In this document: positions 48,787 to 62,950 of the stretch, piece by piece | How the letters are laid out: each line of letters opens with the position of its first letter | Position numbering within the stretch: position 1 is the stretch's first letter | From: Balanoglossus misakiensis | Lineage: Eukaryota > Animalia > Hemichordata | Length of the DNA stretch: 64,000 nucleotides | Assembly (NCBI GenBank): GCA_040954595.2 | Contig: CM082589.2 | Location: forward strand, 9,312,894 to 9,376,893 | Direction: 5' to 3' | Notes under the pieces: model-generated | The model's input: the letters and a program-made list of their open reading frames with translations, nothing else | Database searches by the model: none | What the model was told of the DNA's origin: nothing | Translations under genes and position numbers: made by a program

Positions 48787-49965
48787 CTACTTCGCTTGAG
48801 ACTTGGCTTGAGGCCTTGGCCCTTTGTAGTAGTTTTTTGGACCATCACGGTATTCAGCAAATTGTCTGTAGTTGCCACGACCTCTAACTGGTCCTCTGTA
48901 GCGGAAACCACGACCTCTCATTCTGGCACGATAACCTCCTCTCATTTGTCGCACACCAATTTTATTTCCAGCCTTATTGACTTCTTGTATATCTTTTACT
49001 CGTCTGGAAATGTCATCGCCAAACAAATAGTCTGTGAATGGCACAGTAGAAGAGCACAAATGGAGATAATCCAGTCTCAAATCCGGTTTAATGCAATCTC
49101 GTCTCCTGAGATTTAACAGCCGATTGGTGTGCCCCAAAAAGGCCAGTGAATGGGTGCCCAGATCAAGTAATTTCTGGATGTCAACATTATCCTGAGGTTT
49201 GTCCTTTAACTTGGCTAGTTCACTAACCAGTTGAGTTACACAAACTGATCCCTTCACAAGGGAATTTTGCACTACCTGGAACTTTGTGTCCAAAGTTCTT
49301 GTCTCTGGGCGTATGATATCCCAAATCAGTTGGTTTACTCTTACATTTGTCAACCCATGACAGTTTTCTGGGCGAAGAAACTTCTTAACAAGATCATTGT
49401 ATTTCTCATCAGGAATTCCATCCCTGAAGAAAGCATTAATCATAGTAGCAAAATCTTCATCAACAGTATCATCACATTGTTCCTTTACAAGAAACTTGGT
49501 AGCCATATCCTTGAACATGCTTGGTTGACTGGTGACGTCACTCACAGTGGCATCAGTAGCAGTAGCACTGCCGCTAGCCGAAGCACCAACTTCGGACGCG
49601 TCCGAAGCAGAAGGTTTCATGTGTGAGACAGTTGTCTCATCCTCGACATCTTCAACACAAATATCATTGTCATCTTCATAATAACAATCCTGTTCAATTT
49701 TCTCCATACGCGTAGTGAGCTTACCCTGATTGTCCTTGATCTCCGTAAGCAGATTCTAAATGGCCGACATCTCACCAGAACCAGCCGGTGTGTCTACAGA
49801 TGACCTGCTCACCTTACTAGTAGTCGCCTCCGACGTTGTGTCGCCCGTGACTAAAACAGCGGCACTATCACGTTTACGCTTGGAATGTTTGTCAACGTCT
49901 GAAACAACTGCACCCCCAGCATCCTTAGATGCAATGTCCGTGCTGACACTTCGTTTGGGTGGCAT
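48787..49965 (-). pseudogene. DIRS1-like retrotransposon gag (ORF1) with one in-frame stop; element 5' end near 50255, RT/YR absent
   Basis: RPENC...VNQLIW, NLRRRDCIKPDL, YLFGDD and an RG-rich tail resemble DIRS ORF1. ORFs 49965-49756 and 49707-48787 are in one frame separated by TAG. Confidence 0.7.
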
Positions 49966-51174
49966 GACGTGTACAACGCACGTTGCGACGCTAACACAAA
50001 GTTAGTCTTCCAAATGTCTTCAGACGTACTAAAAACTGCTAAACTCGAACCACGTTCGAGCGACAAAAACAAATATTATCACCGAATTGTACCTTGACCA
50101 ACTCGGCTGAACGAAGTTACAAAATTCGCAAAATTGAGCCAGACGAGAACACAACGTGTTTCGCTGGCGTAGGTCAACAGTGCAACTGAAGTTACTCATG
50201 CGCAGTGCTATCTCATGTGGTTCCATGAGTGTGATGACGTAATAGAATTAAGATTTCTACATATACTAATAAAGAAGACAGGTTGATTCATCAATCATTG
50301 ATGACATGTATTTGAAAAATTCATTCCAATATTGGCAATTTTGTTTGAATAAAATTGAGACAATATTTTCAGAATTTGTTTGCACTATATATCTTTTAAG
50401 CGAAAAATAATTTTTAAATCAAATTATGTAGTACTTTTTGTTGGAAAGCCTTATTCACAGACCCTTGCAATTTTTTATCCCTCAAGTTGAGGGGGGGGGG
50501 GCAAAAGTAAGTATTTCTTAGCCCCCCCCCCCCCCCTTTAGCATTGGAGAGGGGGCAAGTGACCACCCCCTCCTGGTTCCTACGCCTAGAGAGGCGAAGT
50601 TGTGGAAATGTATGTCTGCTTGGGACCATTCTGCAACGCTTTGGGGTATAGTTTGTCACTGTCAGTGTGCCCTATAAGCCCATATGATGCACCACTGACT
50701 CACTAGTGACTCAAGGAAATTATCCACAATACATGCAAAGCGCAGATTCAGAGAATTGTTTACAAATCTTCAAATTGACTCAAAGCTTTAAAAAATTATG
50801 TTTGTTTAGAGAATACTGCAGGTAACATTGGCAAGCAGATATGACCTAACCATATCTAAATATGGAAATGTGAAAAGAAATAAACTATAGGAACATGCCC
50901 AATCAAGTGTCATGTGTCAAGGCAATCTTACAAGCAGTGCAACTTCTTTCAAGCAGCCCTGGGACAGACAGTCAGAGACACTCACTGACCTACCACTGGT
51001 AGTTAATAAAAGAATGGCTGGTGGTCTCTGTAACAGCTGGCCTATTACAGTTATGTAAACACGAATAATGTAAATTATCAGTGGGGTTTCACCCACCTCA
51101 TGTAAAGAGTAACTTTCAAAGCAACTGGGCAAGTGGTTAACTATTAGATTACCAAAATATTTTTGTAATTTGCA

Positions 51175-54100
51175 GAAACCATCAAAGAAGATGAAAGCGA
51201 CTATACTTTTTAAGCAGTCTTCTTACAAAAAAAGCCTTACGGCAAATAACAAGAAAAAGCAAGTCTGCCAGATGACAAATTCATGAATGGATTGCTGAAC
51301 AGGTAATGTGATGAGCCTCATAAATTGCAATTCAATGTTTGACATTGTTGCAAGACTTAATCTTCACACTATTTTTTTGTGTTTCAGAAATCTTAGCAAA
51401 GAGCGATAATCCCAGTCTCTGTTATATTCTTTTTTTCCAAAATCACAATTCGTGGATAGTGGACTATATATCATTGTTTGAAGCTTTGACACCGGAGCAA
51501 ACACAACTATATATAAACATATATACAAACATTTTGAAAATTAATGTGATGCATGATGCAACAGTAACTTGTTAATACCTATGCATAATGCTTCCCTTGT
51601 GTGTATTGCCTTGATGAGAAATCTATCACTACACTAATAAGATTTGATCTTTACTTTAAAGATTAGGAAAGAAATGAGCAGTTTTGGCAGGGTCGAGAGC
51701 AGACTAAAACAGCCACTGAGTAAGGAAACAGCTTCAGAGTTTTCGTGGCAGGAAATGCTGGAGGAAACATCAAAGCACCTGCCATTTTTTCACAATAATT
51801 TAGTTTGCAGACATGTGTGAACTATACAGTAAAATGTTTTGAAAAAAACACTATGTTTATACAGACAGCTAGCACTTTGTAAAAATTTACCCCAGTAACC
51901 CAACTACATGTACATGTGTATACAGTGTATCTAAGTGTGTACCTGCACATGCTAGTGAAGTGCCCATTCATCATAGGGCAGTGGTGACTTTATTGTTTTT
52001 GGAATAATTCATAATTGTTGTTGCCTTCCAGAGTGACTTTGGTGGAAATGAAGCCGAAGCAATAGCAGAACAAGAACCAAATGTTGGAGGATATGACACT
52101 AGGCACAGTGGAGTACGACAACGACTGTTTGTGAATGAAACAGATAACAATGATGACATTGTTGAAGGAATGCATCCATTGACTCTGCAAAAATGTAAGA
52201 ACCAGTCTTTCCATTCCTTTAATATATAGATTTCTGCGTAACATTGGAACAACTTTTGTCAAACTTGGCATAAGTATGGCATGCATATATGCATGTCAAT
52301 TTATTTTGTGAGATATTCAAATATGGCTACCAGGTATATCTCCTTCCAGATAAGTGGCATATCATGTTGTACCTGTCACAAACATGATTATAAACAATGA
52401 CTGCCATCAGCACAATGAATATGAGTTCAGTGAACCATATCTTCCTATCTTAGAGGTGCCTGTGTCATTAATCGATGACTTGTTACTTTTGTGATTCATG
52501 GTTGACTTTATTTGATTCCTGTTTTGTCTTAACAGGTTCTGGATATGCCTTATGTTGGGACAATATCCAAACACTTAGTGTTGCAAGATATCAGTCCAGT
52601 CAACGGCAAAATACATTTCTTATGTGGGCATTGTCCTTTGCTGCTGTGAATTCGAGTCAGTTTCCGGGAATTGGACCAACTGGATACAGAGCCGACAAAG
52701 AAAGCAGCTGACCTCAGTATGGAATGTATCCTGCCATCTGCGCGTGATTGGGATTCACTGAGAACTAGAATGGAACTGTTAGTGACCAAAATCCTATGTA
52801 AACACATGGGTTATTTTGCTGAACTGACAGATATGGTACAAGACTACATCCCACATCAATTCATTGAAGAATCCAAGAATAAGAGTACAATTTTAAGTGC
52901 TGTCCAAATTATGATAATCTTAATAGAATGTTTATATAAGTATGTGTGAACTTTATATTACTTTGTAAGATTGTGTGAAACTGTCATTGATACTGAAAAC
53001 ACTTCAAGTTAGAACATCAAATTCAAGTCTAAAATAAACATGAAACATTAAAAAAATTAGTTTTTTTTTATGGAACTTTAAAAACTGCATGATTGAGCTC
53101 ATGTGTATGTATACAATGTAATTACTGTCCAATGATCAATACTTTAGTTGTAAAATTCATGGTTATTTTCAGATCAACTTAGGGGTCATCAGAGAAAATC
53201 CTGCCAGTAACAAAGGAGTTATTGCGATAATGAAACATTTAAAGCAGTATGTGCCAACAAGAACAGAAGGTCAACCATACACAATTCTGTGCCATGGTGA
53301 TCAACTCTCTGCAGAGAGAATGGCAGAAGCCCGGCAGGCAATGGCACTTAATGAGGAACCCACTGACAGATTAATTAGTCTTGAACCTAACTGTCAGGAT
53401 TTCCATGAACGGTGCATAATTATGCAGGTAAAAACATTGTACTAAGCTGTGCAAGGTATATTTGTTTTAGGTTCTCAGTAATTAATTTCCTTGGCTGAAT
53501 TGCTTACCGTGTTAATCTAGGAGTAGAACAATCATTGTTATTTATTTATTTTCAGGATACAATGGATCTTCTGTTCACTGGAAAAAGTGCGAATCAAGAG
53601 GGTACACTTTTGTATCTGAAAACTGTGTTTAACCATCGATATGTGAAGAAAAAGATCACAGACTGCATCAATCATGTGGATAATTTGTTGAATTTCACAA
53701 CTGAAGCTATGGTAGTTTTGGCTGCAATGAAAGTTCTACAGGTAGATGACATTGACGAAATACACGAAAACGCACCTGGAGACAAAGTGGATCACCTGAA
53801 GGCTTTAGCTTCAGATGTTGTGTTGATGGTTTGGCTAATCATAGACTACAGGTCCATAAAAGAAGTGTTCACAGCTAATGATGGTGATGAGGATGATAGA
53901 GAATTCTGTATATGTGGCAGTACCGAGGGTTAGTGTCTGTCATTTATATATTAATATGCCATTACTTGGACCATATATTTGTTGCAATGACATGTAACTC
54001 ACACTGAAAACAATGTACTATGCTACCTATTTTTTAATTTTTTTTTTTTTTTGGGGGGGGGGGATCACATAAACTGCATTCACTGGGGAGTAAGTTATGT

Positions 54101-56498
54101 GAATTTTTAGCCCACAATGAGGAGCTTATAATTTGGGTTGAACCTATCTAAACATCTGTGCGTGTTGTGTGTGTGTGCCTGTGTGTGTGTGTCTGTCTGT
54201 CTGTCTGTCTCTCCATCTGTGTCCAGCGGTATCTCCAATATATAATATTTGGTCAGTTACAACCAAACCCGCAAATATAACACAGAGCAGTTTGTGACAC
54301 TGTTATGACTGTCCATACACATTTTGGATGATTTTATAATCAATTACTGTGAAGTGGTCTATGGATTTTATCACTCAACCTTGAGAGTAGTAGCTATGTA
54401 ACTTTTTTTAATGTCATGCAGTCAATATAGTCAGCGAATAAAATGTGCTCTTCTCTATCATGTTTTTATTTCAGATTTGCCAGATTCGCCATGGATTGAA
54501 TGTTCAGCAATGGGTAACTGTCACAAGGGTCGTTGGTACCATTGCCAGTGCATGGACATAGATCAAGGGGACATACCTGAAGGAGATTGGTGGTGTTCTG
54601 GAAATTGTGAGCAATACTCAATATACTGCTGCAAACAGGCTAAACCAGGAGCTGAGTGGATTGGTTGCTCTAATGAAGAAAACTGCTTGAATGGAGAATA
54701 GTTTCACTTAGAGTGCAAGGGATTAACAATTATACCTGGTATGAATTTCTAGTTTTACATACAAACATAAGCAACCCTGTTTGTGATAGTAAAATTCTGA
54801 AAATATTCAATGGTGGCCTTTTTCTCATGCATTTTTATGTATTTGTAACTTTACATGTAGTAGTCTGTGAGAATGGCTTGAAATCAACATCCTATACTAC
54901 ATGAGCAGAATTGTTTTACCATCAATATGAGGATAAACATATTGGTATGAAATGATATCCTATGACACTTTCTAATTGTTCGTAAATCTTGGGTTTTACT
55001 TCAATTTTTGAGGGTGACTGGTTTTGCAGCAATGAATGCAAAAGTGTGCAGCGTGGCAGTACAGCAAACATTGACCAAGTGGCTGAATACACAAGATGCT
55101 TGACATGGCGTGGGTTATATCAACTTGCTCACAAAGATGCTGAGAGACATGCTGATGGCGAGGGGATTATCTCAAACTGGAGACTGGATTTGTTACAGTT
55201 TTGGTGTAATAACCATTACAAATATTTGATTCAAGGTCACAGGTTATTAGCTGGTAAGATAACTATCTAATCAGGACCCCTCTGCATTGATGGCAGATTT
55301 TCCACTTCAAGTCAAAAGTGACAATGTGAATAGAATTCTACCTGTATATTGAGGCACCTCTTTCTTACAGATTTTTTTTTGCTTCCTGAGGATGTTCATA
55401 ATAGACAGACTTCAATCCATTGATAATAATTATACGAAGAATTAATACAAACGTGGAAAAGAGAGTTTATTGACAACATTAAGAATTAAGACATAACATG
55501 TACAGGATTGACAAGTAAGATAAAACCGATGAGGTAAATAAATTAAAACATTTCCTTTCCCAGGAGTAAATGGGTGGTTGCCAAAGAGACTCTCAGAAGA
55601 AATCAAGTGGAACCGAACAGTAAATATCCATGGAGACATTTGCAATACTGTGGCTTTGGATCTGGCCAATGAATTCTTGAATAACGAATTCAAACGTAGG
55701 TATTACAAATAGTCCTTCATGTCATTAACATGTCTGATGGAACCAGCAAATTTTACACTGGGCTGCAGTGGATATTTTGGTGTAAATTTTCTCAATGAAA
55801 TTGAAATTTTGATTTCAACCCACAGTCTAAGCTTCATCAGGGATTTTGAGCTCAATAAACAGTATCGTGTTCCCCTCAGTACATGGTATAAATACATGTA
55901 TAAAGTTTACGGTAAAGAAAAACTATATTTGGTTAACCTCCGAATAGGACAAGAAAGTAGGACAAAAGTTCTTGTTTTTGGACATGTCAAGCTCTTTTGT
56001 TTTTCCTGTAATTAATGACTTTGGTGAAATTTGATTTATTTGCTTTCTCAAAAATATGTGAAAATTTTGTAATATATTTATTACAATATGCCAATTATGA
56101 TACCTAGAGTATTTATTTAGTAAATTTTGGTTCAATTTTTTGTCTCAGAAAATCCGAAGCGCTGTCTTGGTCAATACAATGATACACAAGTGGCAAGATG
56201 CTCAAGACTTGTTGGTTCGCTTGGAAAGTCAATGGAGAAATTGTATTTTGATCAATTAGCAGACAAGTACCAATACACACCACATACCACCACTGGCGAC
56301 ACAACTAAAGATGTGAGAAAGTGTGTTAATATGTATAAATTAAAGGATTTATTTACAATAAAGCCGAACAGGGAGCAAAAGGCATTCTCAAAGTTTACAC
56401 ATGAAATATCTGTGAAAAATCCTGAAAACCTAAAAGCAAGGTTTGTTAAGTACTCTAAACAACTGGATGCTGAAAAAAGATTACTGTTGCTACAGTAA
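51175..56498 (+). pseudogene. Multi-exon AcademH(P)-like transposase with two inserted PHD fingers
   Basis: Exons with CWDN, GDQLSAER, QDFH, DAERHADG, HYKY, WNRTVN and DLANEFLN motifs; PHDs FCIC..WIEC..C..WYHCQC..WWC and CCK..WIGC..C..*FHLEC..WFC; GT-AG boundaries. Frameshift near 52650 and TAG at 54699. Confidence 0.7.
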
Positions 56499-56639
56499 AG
56501 ATCAGTAAAGATACAGAAAAATGTTCTAGAATCATATATGCCATTGGCAGGCTGTAATTTAGTACTGAATATAGTTTTATGGGCCTGTCATGAACAGAAG
56601 AACCTGTGTCTAAGTAGTCCTGTTTCATAAGTCAGGTCC

Positions 56640-56879
56640 ATGACATATGTACCGACATCTGTGATTGGTCCATCTGGTAATCTTAGGTCCACTTGCGGCA
56701 CGCTGATTGGAGGGACCTTATGTGTTAGGTCTTATCATTATGTATTATTCACTAGACCTTGTAGGTTAGGTCTTATTACTATGTATTATTCACTTTACAG
56801 CTCCTTGATTGGTTAATGTGTAGGTCTGGTCCTCCAGTGTTCACTGCCTCATTATGCAGGACCTTGTAGGTTAGGTCTA
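56640..56879. repeat. Subterminal repeats and probable right terminus (...GGTCTA) of the Academ-like element
   Basis: Repeated GACCTTGTAGGTTAGGTCT, ATGTATTATTCACT and TGATTGG. Ends in CTA, consistent with Academ 5'-TAG termini. Confidence 0.5.
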
Positions 56880-58293
56880 TCTATGTGTTCTGCGCCTCCC
56901 AACAGAATTCCGTAAATACACGAGGCTGTTTGGAAGCAACCATGGAAATTTTAGAACTATCTCTCGATCTACAGAGTCTTTAGTGGAAAACTTTCTTATG
57001 CACATAGGCCTATCTATGTGTTCTGTGCCTCACAACATCGGTAAATAAACGAGGCTGTTTGGAAACAACCATGGAAATTTTAGAACTATCCGTTGATCTA
57101 AAGTTGAAAAGTTTCTTATGCGCATAGGCCTATCTATGTGTTCAGCGCATCACAACAGAATTGTGTAAATGAACGAGGCTGTGTTTGGAAGCAACCATGG
57201 AAATTTTAGAACTATCTCTCGATCTACAGAGTCTAGTGGAAAACTTTATTATGCACATAGGCCTATCTATGTGTTCTGTGCCTCACAACATCGGTAAATA
57301 AACGAGGCTGTTTGGAAGCAACCATGGAAATTTTACAACTATCCGTCGATCTACAGAGTCTGGTGGAAAACTTTCTTATGCGCATAGGCCTATCACGTGT
57401 TCTGCGCCTCACAACAGAATGTTGTAAACAAACGAGGCTGTGTTTGGAAGCAACCATGGTAATTTTAGAACTATCCGTCGATCTACGGAGTCTAGTGGAA
57501 AACTTTCTTATGCGCATAGGCATATCTATGTGTTCTACGCATCACAACAGAATTCGGTACATAAACGAGGCTGTTTGGAAGCAACCATGGAAATTTTAGA
57601 ACTATCTCTTGATCTACAGAGTCTAGTGGAAAACGTTCTTATGCACATAGGCCTATCTATGTGTTCTGCGCCTCACAACAGAATTCGGTATATAAACGAG
57701 GCTGTGTTTGGAAGCAACAATGGAAATTTTAGAACTATTCGTCGATCTACAGAGTCTAGTGGAAAATGTTCTTATGCGCATAGGCATATCTATGTGTTCT
57801 ACGCATCACAACAGAATTCGGTACATAAACGAGGCTATTTGGAAGCAACCATGGAAATTTTAGAACTATCTCTTGATCTACAGAGTCTAGTGGAAAACGT
57901 TCTTATGCACATAGGCCTATCTATGTGTTCTGCGCCTCACAACAGAATTCGGTATATAAACGAGGCTGTGTTTGGAAGCAACCATGGAAATTTTAGAACT
58001 ATCCGTCGATCTACAGTGTCTAGTGGAAAACGTTCTTATGCGCATAGGCCTATCTATGTGTTCTGCGCTTCACAACAGAATTTTGTAAACAAATGAGGCA
58101 GTGTTTGGAATCAACCATGGAAATTTTCGAACTATCTCTCGATCTACAGAGTCTAGTGGAAACATTTCTTATGCGCTTAGGCCTATCATGTGTTATGCGC
58201 CTCACAACAGAAATCGGTAAATAAACGAGGCTGTTTGGAAGCAACCATGGAAATTTTATAACTATCTCTCGATCTACAGAGTCTAGTGGAAAA

Positions 58294-58778
58294 CTAATTA
58301 ATACTGGGGCAAATATTACTGTAGCTCCTATTCGGTTGTTAGAGCTAGTACCCGCTCTTAAGAATTATCCGATGTTCAAGTCCAGATATAATTGTGTACA
58401 ACCGGCAAACGAAGACAAATTGAAGGTATTTGGATTTATGAAAATACCTGCTTTTATTGGGAATAAGCGTGTATTACTGTATGTTAATTTAGTTGAGTCT
58501 CTTCAGCATAATCTGATTTTGGGACTTGATTTTATGAAGCGTTATAGAGCTGTTATTGATTTCATGGGTAATATTTTAAGATTACAATCAGACGTACCGT
58601 TAAGAACCAATGTTGATGTTAACATTCCACCTGGAAATGAAACGGATATTCCAGTGAAAGTACCGTATAAATATCTTACTGGAGTTTTAGGTTGTATTTC
58701 TGATAAACGAACACGCTTAACCCCGGGTATTTTGGTAGCTAAGCCTATTCGAATAAGAATTTTCTTCCCATACGTGTT
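58294..58778 (+). pseudogene. Gypsy aspartic-protease fragment embedded in satellite, copy 1
   Basis: LINTGANITVAPIRLL...HNLILGLDFM, homologous to the protease at ~17510-18000. Confidence 0.88.
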
Positions 58779-61111
58779 CTGCGCCTCACAACAGAATTCG
58801 GTAAACAAACGAGGCTGTGTTTGGAAGCAACCATGGAAATTTTAGAACTATCTCTCGATCTACAGAGTCTGGTGGAAAACGTTCTTATGCGCATAGGCCT
58901 ATCATGTGTTCTGCGCCTCACAACAGAATTCGGAAATAAACGAGGCTGTTTGGAAGCAACCATGGAAAGTTTAGAACTATCTCTCGATCTATAGAGTCTA
59001 GTGGAAAACGTTCTTATGCACATAGGCCTATCTATGTGTTCTGCGCCTCACAACAGAATTCCTTAAATAAACGAGGCTGTTTGGAAGCAACCATGGAAAT
59101 CTTACAACTATCCGTCGATCTATAGAGTCTAGTGGAAAACGTTCTTATGCGCATAGGCCTATATATGTGTTCTGCGCATCACAACAGAATTTTGTAAACA
59201 AACGAGGCTGTTTGGAAGCAACCATGGAAAGTTTCGAACTATCTCTCGATCTACAGAGTCTATAGTGGAAAACTCTCTTATGCACATATGCCTATATATG
59301 TGTTCTACGCCTCAAAACAGAATTCCTTAAATAAACGAGGCTGTTTGGAAGCAACCATGGAAATCTTACAACTATCCGTCGATCTATAGAGTCTAGTGGA
59401 AAACGTTCTTATGCGCATAGGCCTATATATGTGTTCTGCGCATCACAACAGAATTTTGTAAACAAACGAGGCTGTTTGGAAGCAACCATGGAAAGTTTCG
59501 AACTATCTCTCGATCTACAGAGTCTATAGTGGAAAACTCTCTTATGCACATATGCCTATATATGTGTTCTACGCCTCAAAACAGAATTCCTTAAATAAAC
59601 GAGGCTGTTTGGAAGCAACCATGGAAATCTTACAACTATCCGTCGATCTATAGAGTCTAGTGGAAAACGTTCTTATGCGCATAGGCCTATATATGTGTTC
59701 TGCGCATCACAACAGAATTTTGTAAACAAACGAGGCTGTGTTTGGAAGCAATCATGGAAATTTTAAAACTATCTCTCGATCTACAGAGTCTATAGTGGAA
59801 AACTTTCTTATGCACATATGCCTATCTATGTGTTCTGCGCCTCCCAACAGAATTCCGTAAATACACGAGGCTGTTTGGAAGCAACTATGGAAATTTTAGA
59901 ACTACATGTATCCGTCGATCTACAGAGTCTGGTGGAAAACATTCTTATGCGCATAGGCCTATCACGTGTTCTGCGCCTCACTACAGAATTCGGTAAATAA
60001 ACGAGGCTGTTTGGAAGCAACTATGGAAATTTTAGAACTATCCGTTGATCTACAGAGTCTAGTGGAAAAATTTCTTATGCGCATAGGCCTATCATGTGTT
60101 CTGCGCCTCACAACAGAAATCGGTAAATAAACGAGGATGTTTGGAAGCAACCATGGAAATTTTAGAATTATCCGTCGATCTACGGAGTCTAGTGGAAAAC
60201 TTTCTTATGCGCATAGGCCTATCTATGTGTTCTGCGCCTCACAACAGAATTCGGTAAATAAACGAGGCTGTTTGGAAGCAACCATGGAAATTTTAGAACT
60301 ATCCGTCGATCTACAGAGTCTAGTGGAAAACTTTCTTATGCGCATAGGCCTATCTATGTGTTCTGCGCCTCACAACAGAATTCGGTAAATAAACGAGGCT
60401 GTTTGGAAGCAACCATGGAAATTTTAGAACTATCCGTCGATCTACGGAGTCTAGTGGAAAACTTTCTTATGCGCATAGGCCTATCTATGTGTTCTGCGCC
60501 TCACAACAGAATTCGGAAATAAACGAGGCTGTTTGGAAGCAACCATGGACATTTTAGAACTATCTCTCGATCTACAGAGTCTAGTGGAAAACTTTCTCAT
60601 GCGCATAGGCCTATTACGTGTTCTGCGCCTCACAACAGAATTCGGTAAATAAACGAGGCTGTTTGGAAGCAACCATGGAAATTTTAGAACTATCTCTTGA
60701 TCTACAGAGTCTAGTGGAAACATTTCTTATGCGCATAGGCCTATCATGTGTTATGCGCCTCACAACAGAATTCGGTAAATAAACGAGGCTGTTTGGAAGC
60801 AACCATGGACATTTTAGAACTATCTCTCGATCTACAGAGTCTAGTGGAAAACTTTCTCATGCGCATAGGCCTATTACGTGTTCTGCGCCTCACAACAGAA
60901 TTCGGTAAATAAACGAGGCTGTTTGGAAGCAACCATGGAAATTTTAGAACTATCTCTTGATCTACAGAGTCTAGTGGAAACATTTCTTATGCGCATAGGC
61001 CTATCATGTGTTATGCGCCTCACAACAGAAATCGGTAAATAAACGAGGCTGTTTGGAAGCAACCATGGAAATTTTATAACTATCTCTCGATCTACAGAGT
61101 CTAGTGGAAAA

Positions 61112-61596
61112 CTAATTAATACTGGAGCAAATATTACTGTAACTCCTATTCGGTTGTTAGAGCTAGTACCCGCTCTTAAGAATTATCCGATGTTCAAGTC
61201 CAGATATAATTGTGTACAACCGGCAAACGAAGACAAATTGAAGGTATTTGGATTGATGAAAATACCTGCTTTTATTGGGAATAAGCGTGTATTACTGTAT
61301 GTTAATTTAGTTGAGTCTCTTCAGCATAATCTGATTTTGGGACTTGATTTTATGAAGCGTTATAGAGCTGTTGTTGATTTCATGGGTAATATTTTAAGAT
61401 TACAATCAGACGTACCGTTAAGAACCAATGTTGATGTTAACATTCCACCCGGAAATGAAATGGTTATTCCAGTGAAAGTACCGTATAAATATCTTACTGG
61501 AGTTTTAGGTTGTATTTCTGATAAACGAACACGCTTAACCCCGGGTATTTTGGTAGCTAAGCCTATTCGAATAAGAATTTTCTTCCCATGCGTGTT
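61112..61596 (+). pseudogene. Gypsy protease fragment in satellite, copy 2
   Basis: Same junctions and near-identical sequence to copy 1. Confidence 0.88.
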
Positions 61597-62485
61597 CTGC
61601 GCCTCACAACAGAATTCGGTAAATAAACGAGGCTGTTTGGAAGCAACCTTGGAAATGTTAGAACTATCCGTCGATCTACAGAGTCTGGTGGAAAACGTTC
61701 TTATGCGCATAGGCCTATCATGTGTTCTGCGCCTCACATCAGAATTCGGAAATAAACGAGGCTGTTTGGAAGCAACCATGGAAATTTTAGAACTATCTCT
61801 CGATCTACAGAGTCTATAGTGGAAAACTTTCTTATGCACATATGCCTATATATGTGTTCTGCGCCTCAAAACAGAATTCCGTAAATAAACGGGGCTGTTT
61901 GGAAGCAAACATGGAAATTCTAGAACTATCTCTCGATCTACAGAGTATAGTGGAAAACGTTCATATGCGCATAGGCCTATCATGTGTTATGCACATCACA
62001 ACAGAATTTTGTAAACAAACGAGGCTTTGTTTGGAAGCAACAATGGAAATTTTAGAACTATCCGTCGATCTACGGAGTCTAGTGGAAAACTTTCTTATGC
62101 GCATAGGCCTATCTATGTGTTCTGCGCATCACAACAGAATTTTGTAAACAAACGAGGCTTTGTTTGGAAGCAACCATGGAATTTTTAGAACTATCTATCG
62201 ATCTACAGAGTCTAGTGGAAAACGTTCTTATGCGCATAGGCCTATGTATGTGTTCTGCGCATCACAACAGAATTTTGTAAACAAAGGAGGCTGTGTTTGG
62301 AAGCAACCATGGAAATTTTCGAACTATCTCTCGATCTACAGAGTCTAGTGGAAACATTTCTTATGCGCATAGGCCTATTATGTGTTCTGCGCCTCACAAC
62401 AGAAATCGGTAAATAAACGAGGCTGTTTGGAAGCAACCATGGAAATTTTATAACTATCTCTCGATCTACAGAGTCTAGTGGAAAA

Positions 62486-62950
62486 CTAATTGATACTGGA
62501 GCAAATATTACTGTAGCTCCTATTCGGTTGTTAGAGCTAGTACCCGCTCTTAAGAATTATCCGATGTTCAAGTCCAGATATAATTGTGTACAACCGGCAA
62601 ACGAAGACAAATTGAAGGTATTTGGATTGATGAAAATACCTGCTTTTATTGGGAATAAGCGCGTAAAACTGTATGTTAATTTAGTTGAGTCTCTTCAGCA
62701 TAATCTGATTTTGGGACTTGATTTTATGAAGCGTTATAGAGCTGTTATTGATTTCATGGGTAATATTTTAAGATTACAATCAGACGTACCGTTAAGAACC
62801 AATGTTGATGTTAACATTCCACCTGGTGAAAGTACCGTATAAATATCTTACTGGAGTTTTAGGTTGTATTTCTGATAAATGAACACGCTTAACCCCGGGT
62901 ATTTTGGTAGCTAAGCCTATTCGAATAAGAATTTTCTTCCCATACGTGTT
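62486..62950 (+). pseudogene. Gypsy protease fragment in satellite, copy 3 (LIDTG intact, ~20-bp deletion near 62827)
   Basis: Same junctions as copies 1 and 2; GAT at the catalytic codon. Confidence 0.88.

Noticed and set aside
53890-55050. Host ING-family or other chromatin gene suggested by the PHD fingers
   Set aside because: The PHDs sit between transposase-like motifs in a gene with a stop and a frameshift.
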